Origin: Myxococcota bacterium
Lineage (GTDB): Bacteria; Myxococcota_A; UBA796; SXON01
NCBI GenBank assembly: GCA_040386535.1
Contig: JAZKFH010000042.1
Location: 128,001 to 192,000, forward strand
DNA length: 64,000 nt
Reading direction: 5' to 3'
This document shows, in pieces, positions 19,237 through 27,547 of this stretch. The notes beneath the pieces are model-generated. The model did no database searches and had not been told where the DNA came from. It was given only the letters and a program-made list of their open reading frames with translations. Within the stretch, counting starts at the first letter, position 1. Every line of letters begins with the position of its first letter. Made by a program: the position numbers and the translations under genes.

Positions 19237-22200
19237 TTGCGTCCGGCGCCGCCCACCGACGAGACCCTCGCGCCGAACGACAGCGAGGCGCCCGCGTGGG
19301 ACGTGACGCCCGCGTCGGACGGCGGTCTCCGCGTGCCGAAGCGGGAGCGCTACGCGCTGCGAGGCGAGATCGCGCGGGGCGGCCTCGGGCGGATCCTCGC
19401 GGCGGAGGATCGGGAGCTCGGCAGGCCGGTCGCGCTCAAGGAGCTGCTCAACGACAGCCCCGGCAATCGCGCCCGGTTCCTGCGGGAGATCCGCTTCACC
19501 GCCCGTCTGCAGCACCCGGCCATCGTGCCCGTCTATGACGCGGTCATCACCGAAGACGGCGTGCTTCGCTACGCGATGAAGCTCGTGAGCGGCACCACCC
19601 TCGCCGAGGCCATCGCCGCCGCGGGCAGCCTGGACGAGCGTCTCGCGCTCCTGCCGCACGTCCTCGCCGTCGCCGACGCGGTTGCCTACGCTCACGCGCG
19701 GGGCGTCATCCACCGGGACATCAAGCCTCAGAACATCCTCGTCGGGAGCTTCGGCGAAACACTCCTGATCGACTGGGGGGTAGCCAAGGATCTGGGCGAC
19801 GCCGAGGAGGATGCCGGCGTCGAGGCGGACTCGGAGGACGCGGGCCTGACGCGGGTGGGCGCGATCGTCGGCACCCCGGCCTACATGTCACCCGAACAGG
19901 CAAGGGGGGAGCCGGCGGATCGCCGCTCGGACGTCTACGCCCTCGGCGCCACCCTGTACCACCTGCTCGTCGGCCGACCCCCGTTCACCGCCGCCGCGGG
20001 CCACACCATCGAGGCCCTGCGCACCGGGCGCCTCCCGGCCCCCGTCGAGACGCTGGTGGCCGAGATCCCGCCCGACCTCGCCCCCATCGTGCGCCGGGCG
20101 ATGGCGGACGCGCCCGCGGCCCGGTACGCCTCGGGCCAGGAGCTCCGGCAGGATCTCCAACGCTTCAGCACCGGCCAGCTCGTGGCCGCGCGGCGCTACA
20201 CCCGCGCCGATCTCGTGCGACGGTGGCTCGCCCGCCATCGTGCCATCGTCGGGGTGGTCGTCCTCGCCCTGCTCGTGGTCATCGCGTCCGGCGGCGTCGC
20301 CACCGCGCGGGTGGTGGAGGAGCGGAACCTCGCGCGGGACGCGCAGGCGGTGGCCGAGGCGCGCAGCGACGCGTTGACGCTGGCCCACGCCGGCCGCAGC
20401 CTCGAGCCCGACCCCACCGAGTCCGCCACCTGGCTCGCGGCGTACCCCCCGGACGGCGTCGACTCCGACCGGCTCTTCGTCCTGGCGCAGGACGTCGTCT
20501 CCCGCGGCGTGGCCCGCGTGGTGGCCCGCCAGCCCGACGTCTCCTGCCAGACGGCCGTGTTCGCCGCGGACGGGCGCGCGGTCTTCGCGGTGGGCGAAGG
20601 AAGCGCGCGGGTGGACGCGCAGACGGGCGAGGTCTTGCGCGGCGCGACACCGGGCCAGGTGGACGTCGTCGTGCCGCTCGGCGCCGACGGCGCGCTGCTC
20701 GCCATGACCGCGGGGACGATCGCCCGGGTCGACGCCGCCGGCAAGGTCACCACGGTCACGACGCTGGCCGCCGCCCCCGCCAACATGGTGACCGATGGCG
20801 CCGTCGCCATCGTGGGGGACCGCGTGGGGGGGATCACCCGGCTCGATCTGGCGACGGGCACGACACGCCTCCTCGTCTCGACCCGCGTGCGCATCAACGG
20901 CCTGGCCCTGCACGGCACGTCGTGGAGCGCCGCCTCGGGGGACGGTTCGGTCTGGACCGGCCCGCTCGACGGGGGCCCGGCACGCGCCCGCTTCCAGAGC
21001 GCCACCCCGCTCCTCCAGCTGGTCGCCCTCAGCGACGGCACGCTCCTCGTCGGCGACAGCGCCGGCGTGGTCACGCGCATCGCCGCCGACGGTCCCCCGC
21101 GGGTCCTCCTCCAGCTCGCCGGTCCCGTCCGCCTGCTCGCCGTGGGGAACGACGATCGGCTCCTCGTCGCCGCCGATGGCAACGGCACCCTACGGGCGGT
21201 GGATCTCGACTCCGGCATCACCACCGCGCCGCCCTGGCCCGAGGCCCTCGTGCTCGGCGTCGACGTCGCGCCGCAGGACGGGATCGTCGCCGCCAACCTC
21301 GAGGACGGCACCCTGCACGCGTGGCGGCCCGCGACCGGCGAGGTGCAGACACGGCGGGGGCGGAGCAAGGTGGCCGGGCCGGTGGCGTTCTCCCCCGACG
21401 GCGCCTCCCTGGTGACGTGCGCGATGGACAGCAGCGTGCGGATCTGGCCGACGCCGAGCCTCCGGGGGGCGGTGCACCGAGGCCACACGGGGCCGATCTT
21501 CCATCCGATCTTCCTGCCCGACGGCCGGGTGGCCACCGACAGCGACGATCAGACGGTGCGCATCTGGCCGGCCGCCACCAGCGAGGCGCGGGTGCTCCAG
21601 GGGCACAGCGACCGGGTCTACGGCCTGGAGGCGAGCCCCGACGGGCGCCACCTCCTGAGCGCGTCGAATGACGGCCTCGCCATCGTGTGGGACACGACGA
21701 CCGGCGAGAGCCACGTGCTTCGGGGACACGACGGCCGCGTTCGGCGGGCGATCTTCACGGCCGACGGCCAGCGCGTCCTGACGGGCGGTCGCGACGGCAC
21801 GCTCCGCTCGTGGTCCCTCGACGGAACCCCGCTGCGGGTCGCCCCGGCGCACCCAGGCGGCGTGCACTGGCTGACCCTGGACGACGACGGCGGGAGCGTC
21901 TGGACGGTCGGCAAGGACCGCGCCCTGCGCCGCTGGGATCCCGACACCGGAGCGCTCGACACCGTCGCGACGGGCCTCGGATTGGAGGGGGGGCCGATGC
22001 AGCGGACCTTTGCGCTGCCGGGCCAGCGGATCCTCACCTGCACCGACGAACACACGGTGGTCATCGTCTCGGCCGACGGCCAGCTGCAAACCTTCGCCGC
22101 GGCCGACGAGGTCCAGTGCCCGTCCATCCAGCTCTCGCCGGACCGCCGCCTCGCCGTAGTGCCGGTGGGGCCGAAGCCCTGGCTCCTCGACCTGGAGACC

Positions 22201-22533
22201 GGGGAATGGCGCGCGCTGGCGGGGCTCCCCGACACCATCCACGCCGTCGCGTGGTCGCCCGACGGCCGCCTGCTCGCCCTCGCGGGCCTCGACGGCACGG
22301 CGCGCGTGTTGCGCATCTCCGACGGCGCGGTCGGCATCGTGGCGCGGAGCGAAGGCGGCATCCTCGGCGTGGCGTTCTCACCGGATGGACGCCGGCTCGC
22401 GGCGGGAGGCATCGACCACCTCCTCTGGGTGGGGGCGATCGACGAGGCGGCGCTGTTGCCCCGCGATCCGACGGCGTTGCGCGCGCGAATCGCGGGCCTG
22501 ACCCACGCGAAGTTCGACGACGCGGGCCTGTGA
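19237..22533 (+). CDS. Ser/Thr protein kinase with TM segment and WD40 repeats
   Basis: IARGGLG, VALKE, IHRDIKPQN, IDWG, GTPAYMSPEQ, DVYALG; GH...WD repeats. Start approximate. Confidence 0.92.
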   Translation: MRPAPPTDETLAPNDSEAPAWDVTPASDGGLRVPKRERYALRGEIARGGLGRILAAEDRELGRPVALKELLNDSPGNRARFLREIRFTARLQHPAIVPVYDAVITEDGVLRYAMKLVSGTTLAEAIAAAGSLDERLALLPHVLAVADAVAYAHARGVIHRDIKPQNILVGSFGETLLIDWGVAKDLGDAEEDAGVEADSEDAGLTRVGAIVGTPAYMSPEQARGEPADRRSDVYALGATLYHLLVGRPPFTAAAGHTIEALRTGRLPAPVETLVAEIPPDLAPIVRRAMADAPAARYASGQELRQDLQRFSTGQLVAARRYTRADLVRRWLARHRAIVGVVVLALLVVIASGGVATARVVEERNLARDAQAVAEARSDALTLAHAGRSLEPDPTESATWLAAYPPDGVDSDRLFVLAQDVVSRGVARVVARQPDVSCQTAVFAADGRAVFAVGEGSARVDAQTGEVLRGATPGQVDVVVPLGADGALLAMTAGTIARVDAAGKVTTVTTLAAAPANMVTDGAVAIVGDRVGGITRLDLATGTTRLLVSTRVRINGLALHGTSWSAASGDGSVWTGPLDGGPARARFQSATPLLQLVALSDGTLLVGDSAGVVTRIAADGPPRVLLQLAGPVRLLAVGNDDRLLVAADGNGTLRAVDLDSGITTAPPWPEALVLGVDVAPQDGIVAANLEDGTLHAWRPATGEVQTRRGRSKVAGPVAFSPDGASLVTCAMDSSVRIWPTPSLRGAVHRGHTGPIFHPIFLPDGRVATDSDDQTVRIWPAATSEARVLQGHSDRVYGLEASPDGRHLLSASNDGLAIVWDTTTGESHVLRGHDGRVRRAIFTADGQRVLTGGRDGTLRSWSLDGTPLRVAPAHPGGVHWLTLDDDGGSVWTVGKDRALRRWDPDTGALDTVATGLGLEGGPMQRTFALPGQRILTCTDEHTVVIVSADGQLQTFAAADEVQCPSIQLSPDRRLAVVPVGPKPWLLDLETGEWRALAGLPDTIHAVAWSPDGRLLALAGLDGTARVLRISDGAVGIVARSEGGILGVAFSPDGRRLAAGGIDHLLWVGAIDEAALLPRDPTALRARIAGLTHAKFDDAGL

Positions 22534-22548
22534 GCCGCCGGTCACGCG

Positions 22549-23637
22549 TCAGTGGCGCCAGGCCGAGACGACCACCAGCGGGTGCCCGTCTACGGTGAGG
22601 GCGCACGCGGGCCCGAGCGCGACGACGGCCACGCCCTCCGGCAGGTCCGGGACCCCGCCCGGATCGACGGGGATGGGGCGCAGGCCCGCGGCGCGCAGCC
22701 GGCGGGACCAGTCGGCCGCGGGCGCGTGGCGTTCCACGCGGGCGGCCCCCTCGCCGACCACGACGTTGTGGATCTCGCGGCCGAAGAACTGGCCTTCGAT
22801 GACCGCCCGCGCCGCCGGGCCCGCGGGCAGGCACCGGTCGAGGACCTGGAAGACGAGCCCGTAGTGGTGGAGAGCGGCGTCGAGACGGTCGGGGAAGGCG
22901 GGCGCGTCGTGGTCGGCCTCCGGCTCACAGAGCACGATCGCGTCGGCGCCGGTGGCGGCGAGGCGGCGGAGGGTGTCGTCGCGGTCGGCCGCACCGGTGT
23001 GGTGCAGCGCGAACGCGGCGTTGATGGTGAGGCATTCGCCGTGCCGCGCCGCGGGCAGGTCGACGTCTTCGATTCGGCCCGGCAGGGCGGTGAAGGTGAA
23101 CGGAACGCCGCAGGCGGCGGCCACCCCGGCGAGCCGGGCGCCGACCGCATCCAGGGCGGCGGCGGGGTCCGATCCGGGGGCGGGCAGATCGATGCCGACG
23201 AGGTGCAGGCGGGGGGCCCCTCCGGGCCGCCGGCCGAGGTCGCGGAGCAGGGGCTCCCACTGGCTACCCAGGCCGAGGCCGATGTCGAGGATGCACACGG
23301 AGGCGGCATCGCCGATGGCGGCGAGGTGGGCGGCGTTGGCGGCGTGGTGGGCGAAGCGGACGAGCGGGGTGTCCCGGACGAACACCTCGAACGCGCCGAG
23401 CATCTCGGCGGGGCCGGCGGCGCCGCCGTAGAGGTTCCCGATGTCGGCGGCGGCGCCCTGGCGGCGGGCGAGCAGGGCCCCCACCACGAGGCGCGCGAGC
23501 CGCTCCCGTGGGCCGGAGGGCGCCTCGGTGTCGGCGAGCAAGGCGTCGAGCGATTCGCCGACTTCGGGATCGCGCGCGGCGAGCAGGCGCCCTGCCGCTT
23601 GGACGCGCTCCAGGATGTCGGGTTGGGTGGTCAGCAT
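22549..23637 (-). CDS. Bacterial GRAS-domain protein (Rossmann methyltransferase-like fold)
   Basis: Plant GRAS motifs in order: PLVRFAHHAANAA, VHIID-like VCILDIGLGLGSQW...RRPGGAPRLHLVGI, GARLAGVAAACGVPFTF, GECLTINAAFALHH, CEPEADHD..F.DR..AALHHY..VFQVLD, GREIHNVVVGEGAARVERH, W...L..AG, terminal SAW. Confidence 0.93.
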   Translation of the reverse strand: MLTTQPDILERVQAAGRLLAARDPEVGESLDALLADTEAPSGPRERLARLVVGALLARRQGAAADIGNLYGGAAGPAEMLGAFEVFVRDTPLVRFAHHAANAAHLAAIGDAASVCILDIGLGLGSQWEPLLRDLGRRPGGAPRLHLVGIDLPAPGSDPAAALDAVGARLAGVAAACGVPFTFTALPGRIEDVDLPAARHGECLTINAAFALHHTGAADRDDTLRRLAATGADAIVLCEPEADHDAPAFPDRLDAALHHYGLVFQVLDRCLPAGPAARAVIEGQFFGREIHNVVVGEGAARVERHAPAADWSRRLRAAGLRPIPVDPGGVPDLPEGVAVVALGPACALTVDGHPLVVVSAWRH

Positions 23638-23658
23638 GACACGTCCAAATCAGAAGGT

Positions 23659-24843
23659 TCAGTCAACAGACAGGGAGGTCAGCGCGCGATGGATCCGCTC
23701 GACCCCGCGTTCGAGCTCCCCCATCGACGCGGCGAAGGAGAGCCGTACGTAGCCCTCGCCGCCCGGGCCGAAGCCGACCCCGGGTACGGTCGCCACGCCC
23801 GCGGCGCGGAGGAGATGCCAGGAAAATGCCTCCGAGCCAAGGCCGGTGCCCTCCACGTTCGCGAACACGTAGAAGGCGCCCGCCGGCCGAGCACAGCGGA
23901 TGCCGGGCATCGCCGCGAGGCTGTCACACAGGAAGTCACGACGTTGCCGGAGCGTGGCGACCATGCCGGCGATGTCGCCCTCGGCGCTCCGCCGATACGC
24001 GGTGACACACGCCATCTGCGCGGGTGTGCTCGGGTGGGTGCAGGTCGACAGGCCGATCTTGGTCATGGGGGCGATGTGGGCGGCGGGGCCGGCCGCGAAC
24101 CCGATCCGCCAGCCCGTGACCGCGAAGGTCTTCGAGGCGCTGTGAATGGTGATCGTCCGCTCGGCCATCCCCGGCAGTGACGCCGGGCTCGTGTGGGAGT
24201 GCCCGTCGAAGCGGATGTGCTCGTACACCTCGTCGGAGAGCACGAGCAGATCGTGCTCGCAGGCCAGGGCGGCGAGGGCCTCCAGCCGCGCGCGGTCGAT
24301 CACTCCGCCGGTCGGGTTGCCGGGCGAGTTGAGCAGCAGCACGCGGGTGCGCGGCGTGATGAGGCGGGCGATGTCCTCGACCCGCGGCGTGAACCCCTCG
24401 GAGGCGTGCAGCGGGTAGAAGATCGGCACACCGCCGGCGAGCTGGGTGGACGCGATGTATTGGGGCCACCCCGGCGAGGGCAGGAGCACCTCGTCGCCCG
24501 GGTCGACCGTGGCCTGGAGCGCCTGGTAGAGCGCCCCGGTCGCCCCCGCGGTGACCAGCACCTCGGTGGTGGGGTCGCGGCGAACCGCGTTCTCTCGCTC
24601 GAGCTTCTCGGCGATGGCCTCCCGCAACGCCATCAGGCCGCTGAAGGAGGTGTAGTGCGAAGAGTCCCGCCGCAGCGCGTCGATGTGGGCCTCGCGCAGC
24701 CAGGCCGGCGGCCCGAAGTCGGGCTCGCCCACCTCCAGCCGCACCACGTCGTCCATGCGGGAAGCGGCCTCGAAGATCGCGCGGATCGGCGGCATCGGCA
24801 TCTGGCGGGCGCGGGTCGACACCGCGTGGCGGGGCTCGATCAC
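23659..24843 (-). CDS. PLP-dependent class I/II (aspartate/aromatic) aminotransferase
   Basis: LEVGEPDF, VTAGATGAL, LNSPGNPTG, SDEVYE, SASKTFAVTGWRIG (PLP Lys), GYVRLSFA; GTG start overlaps halogenase stop (GTGA). Confidence 0.93.
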   Translation of the reverse strand: MIEPRHAVSTRARQMPMPPIRAIFEAASRMDDVVRLEVGEPDFGPPAWLREAHIDALRRDSSHYTSFSGLMALREAIAEKLERENAVRRDPTTEVLVTAGATGALYQALQATVDPGDEVLLPSPGWPQYIASTQLAGGVPIFYPLHASEGFTPRVEDIARLITPRTRVLLLNSPGNPTGGVIDRARLEALAALACEHDLLVLSDEVYEHIRFDGHSHTSPASLPGMAERTITIHSASKTFAVTGWRIGFAAGPAAHIAPMTKIGLSTCTHPSTPAQMACVTAYRRSAEGDIAGMVATLRQRRDFLCDSLAAMPGIRCARPAGAFYVFANVEGTGLGSEAFSWHLLRAAGVATVPGVGFGPGGEGYVRLSFAASMGELERGVERIHRALTSLSVD

Positions 24844-26483
24844 GAGCGCGCCTCGTCCGGCACCGGGCCCGCGGGGCGGCGGTAGATACGAGCGCCCCCC
24901 TGGGTCAGCTCCCCGCGCGCCTCGGCCACGTGGGTGAGGTATTCGACCACGCTCGGGAGCCGGGTCGTGAGCGCATGGGTGCGGGCGCGCACCTGGGCGA
25001 AGGCGGCTTCGGCGCGGGTGGGGTCGGCGCTGGCGACAGCGGGCTGGGGCCCCTCGGGGACGTAGCCGAGGCCGAGGAGCATGACCGAGTAGGAGTAGGC
25101 CTCGAAACCGTGGTACGCGGGGTTGACGCTCATGGCGTCGGGCAGCCGGTGCTTCCACAACGCGAGGCGATCCGCCAGGGCGGGGGAGATGGCGATCTCC
25201 TTCGTCGCCTTCCAGAACGGCGTGTCCGCGCGGGTGCTCGCGTAGTAGTGCAGCGTCAGGAAGTCACGCACGCCGTCGATACACTCGCCCACGCCGCGGT
25301 TGTAGCTGCGGATGAGGCTCGGGTTGAACGACAGGTCGGGGAAGTGGCTCACCAGCTGCTCGATGCCGTGCTGAATGAAGAAGATGCCGGTGGACTCGAG
25401 GGGCTCGACGAACCCGCTGGAGAGGCCGATGGCGACACAGTTCTTCACCCAGGCGTTCTCGCTCCGGCCGATGCGCATCCGGATGTGGTTGGCCTTGAGT
25501 CCTTCGGCGGCGGGCCCGAGGTGCGCGCGCAGCTCGGCTTCGGCCTGCTCGGGGGTCGCGAAGCGGCTCGAGTAGACGTAGCCGGTGCCCTTGCGCCCGT
25601 AGAGCGGGATGTTCCAGACCCAACCGGCCGAGAGCGCGGTGGCGCTGGTGTAGGGCCGGATGCCTTCGGCCTCGATGTCCTCGGGCACCTGCATGGCGAC
25701 GGCGCGGTCGCAGAGCAACGTGTCGTTGAAGGAGATGAACGGCGTGCCGAGCGCCTTGTTGATGAGCAGGCCCGCGAAACCCGTGCAGTCGATGTACAGG
25801 TCCGCCTCGAGCGCGCCGTTGTTCTGCGTCTGCACGTGCCCGATGGCGCCGTCGGCGCGCAGGCCGACATTGGTGACGTCGTCGAGGATGTGCCGGACGC
25901 CCGCGGTGACGGTGCGCTTCATCAGGAACCGCGCGAGGAGCGAGGCGTCGAAGTGGTAGGCGTAGGGGTATTGGATCTTGTGGTCGCCGAGCGTGTTCTT
26001 CCGGTCGATGTGCTCACGCTGGAACGCGTGCTGCACGCTCGGATCGAACACCTCGCCGTCGAGGAACCGCGGGGACCGCTTGTTCTCGCAGAGCTGCGGG
26101 ATCGAGAAGCACATCTGGTCGAAGGGCTTGTCCTTGTGCAGACGCAGCCACCACTCGGCGAGCGAGAAGCCGTCGACGGTCTCGTACCGCTGGAAGGGGT
26201 GGTAGAAGTCCCGGCCCGCCGCGTTCCAACCCGAGAAACGGATTGCCATCTTGTAGGAGGCGTTGCACTCGGGCATCCAATCGCGCTCTTCGAGGCCCAG
26301 GTAGTCGAAGAAGAGCTTGATCGTGCTGAAGGTGGCCTCCCCCACGCCGATGGTCGGCACCCGGTCCGACTCGACCAACGTGATGTTGACGCCGGCGGGC
26401 AGCGCGCGCTGCAGGTAGGCGGCGGTCATCCAGCCGGAGGTCCCTCCACCGACGATGAGGACATTGCGAATAGACTTGGACAT
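24840..26483 (-). CDS. Flavin-dependent tryptophan halogenase (PyrH/SttH-like 5- or 6-halogenase)
   Basis: GGGTSGW, GVGEATFST, catalytic Lys in SYKMAIRF, YPYAYHFDA, WVWNIP (WxWxIP), FVEPLESTGIFFIQH, YHGFEAYS; follows PyrH as recalled. ATG at 26483. Confidence 0.93.
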   Translation of the reverse strand: MSKSIRNVLIVGGGTSGWMTAAYLQRALPAGVNITLVESDRVPTIGVGEATFSTIKLFFDYLGLEERDWMPECNASYKMAIRFSGWNAAGRDFYHPFQRYETVDGFSLAEWWLRLHKDKPFDQMCFSIPQLCENKRSPRFLDGEVFDPSVQHAFQREHIDRKNTLGDHKIQYPYAYHFDASLLARFLMKRTVTAGVRHILDDVTNVGLRADGAIGHVQTQNNGALEADLYIDCTGFAGLLINKALGTPFISFNDTLLCDRAVAMQVPEDIEAEGIRPYTSATALSAGWVWNIPLYGRKGTGYVYSSRFATPEQAEAELRAHLGPAAEGLKANHIRMRIGRSENAWVKNCVAIGLSSGFVEPLESTGIFFIQHGIEQLVSHFPDLSFNPSLIRSYNRGVGECIDGVRDFLTLHYYASTRADTPFWKATKEIAISPALADRLALWKHRLPDAMSVNPAYHGFEAYSYSVMLLGLGYVPEGPQPAVASADPTRAEAAFAQVRARTHALTTRLPSVVEYLTHVAEARGELTQGGARIYRRPAGPVPDEARS

Positions 26484-26537
26484 CGAGTGCTCCGGGTTCG
26501 AAGGTTGGGTGCGTGTGCGCCGTTCGAACCAGGGAGA

Positions 26538-26553
26538 AGCAAGGGTCGTGCCA
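26538..26553 (-). promoter_or_regulatory. Sigma-54 (-24/-12) promoter of the halogenase operon
   Basis: Minus strand reads TGGCACGACCCTTGCT, an exact TGGCACG-N4-TTGCW consensus with GG-N10-GC, about 55 nt upstream of the ATG. Confidence 0.85.
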
Positions 26554-26604
26554 TGGCTGCGGCCACAAAAAAGCCGCTTGGAACCGTGCGTGGGGCCCGT
26601 CGAT

Positions 26605-26651
26605 GGTTGTGCGCGCACAACCTGAGCACGAGCCCGCACGACGTTGTGCGG
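26605..26651. promoter_or_regulatory. Candidate upstream activator (bEBP) binding palindromes
   Basis: Perfect 18-bp palindrome GGTTGTGCGCGCACAACC (26605-26622) and near-palindrome CCGCACGACGTTGTGCGG (26634-26651) share the half-site GTTGTGCG; an A-tract near 26567 lies between them and the promoter. Confidence 0.55.
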
Positions 26652-26854
26652 CCTCGGAGGGGGGCTCGCTCCGGCGGCGTGCGGGCGCCCCGCGCGGACG
26701 CGGGCAGGTCGGCTCCGGGCGCGCGGCTTGCGCCGCTTGGTCGGCCGGGCCGTTCATCCGCGTGCTCGGGTCACCGGCGCGCCCGGCCGGACCAGCCGCC
26801 GGGGGCGGCTGCCCTCCGCGCCCTTGGCGCAGAACCCCCGGCGCAGGCCCCGCC

Positions 26855-27068
26855 TTCGTCCGCCACGGACGAAACCCGCCTACCTGTTCGACAGGTCCCC
26901 CGACTTCGTCCGCCATACGGACGAAACCCGCGTACCTGTTCGACAGGTCCCTCGACTTCGTCCGCCACACGGACGAAACCCGCCTACCTGTTCGACAGGT
27001 CCCTCGACTTCGTCCACCACACGGACGAAACCCGCGTACCTGTTCGACAGGTCCCTCGACTTCGTCCA
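26855..27068. repeat. Palindromic tandem array, 4 x ~52 bp plus partial (REP/BIME-like)
   Basis: Units start 26855, 26905, 26957, 27009, partial 27061; unit TTCGTCCGCCACACGGACGAAACCCGCCTACCTGTTCGACAGGTCCCTCGAC; no unique spacers. Confidence 0.92.
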
Positions 27069-27221
27069 CGGGCCTCGCGGTGCGGGGATCGCGCGGCAGC
27101 CGCGCCCTCGCTCGCCCCGGCGGTGAGGGTCCGCAACCAAGGGATTCGGACCGGTGGACCTGATGGGTCGAGCGGTCTTCGGCGAGGGGAACGGGCTGTT
27201 CGTGGTGGCGCGATCCGCTCC

Positions 27222-27275
27222 TTGCGCCACTTGAGTTGGCGCAAGCCGTTCGTTGCGCCACTTGAAGTGGCGCAA
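27222..27275. promoter_or_regulatory. Tandem 23-bp operator-like palindromes TTGCGCCA-N7-TGGCGCAA
   Basis: TTGCGCCACTTGAGTTGGCGCAA (27222-27244) and TTGCGCCACTTGAAGTGGCGCAA (27253-27275), 31 bp apart; extra half-site TTGCGCCAC near 27357. Confidence 0.6.
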
Positions 27276-27547
27276 TACCGTTCAGTGGGACGCGAAGATC
27301 CGGAACGCGCGATAGTATCTGGGTAGATAGAGCATTCGCGTTGAGCTGTTCGCGGGTTGCGCCACCGCTGTCGCTCTGTCAGATGACGGCCAGTTCTTCG
27401 ACGGAGCGGCGTCCTTCGGGCGAGAGAGTCCACAGTCGCGCGGTCGACAAGCACGCCAATGCCGACCGAGCCGTCCCCGGCGAGCGCGTTGCAGACGAGC
27501 ACGTGGATGCCGACCGAGCCGTCCCGCGCCGCCTCGCGTCCGTCAAC

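Noticed and set aside
22549..23637. Plant contamination explaining the GRAS gene
   Set aside because: High-GC codon usage matches the neighbours, and it sits 21 nt from a bacterial aminotransferase in a bacterial operon.
23659..26483. Pyrrolnitrin or indolocarbazole cluster
   Set aside because: No prnB/C/D, rebO/rebD or NRPS genes; the halogenase is PyrH-type and its partners differ.
26855..27068. CRISPR array
   Set aside because: Units are near-identical along their whole length, with no unique spacers and no cas genes in the window.
27446..27525. 48-bp-period direct repeat (ATGCCGACCGAGCCGTCCC at 27459 and 27507) as a mini-CRISPR
   Set aside because: Only two copies, with similarity extending into the flanks; looks like a local duplication.
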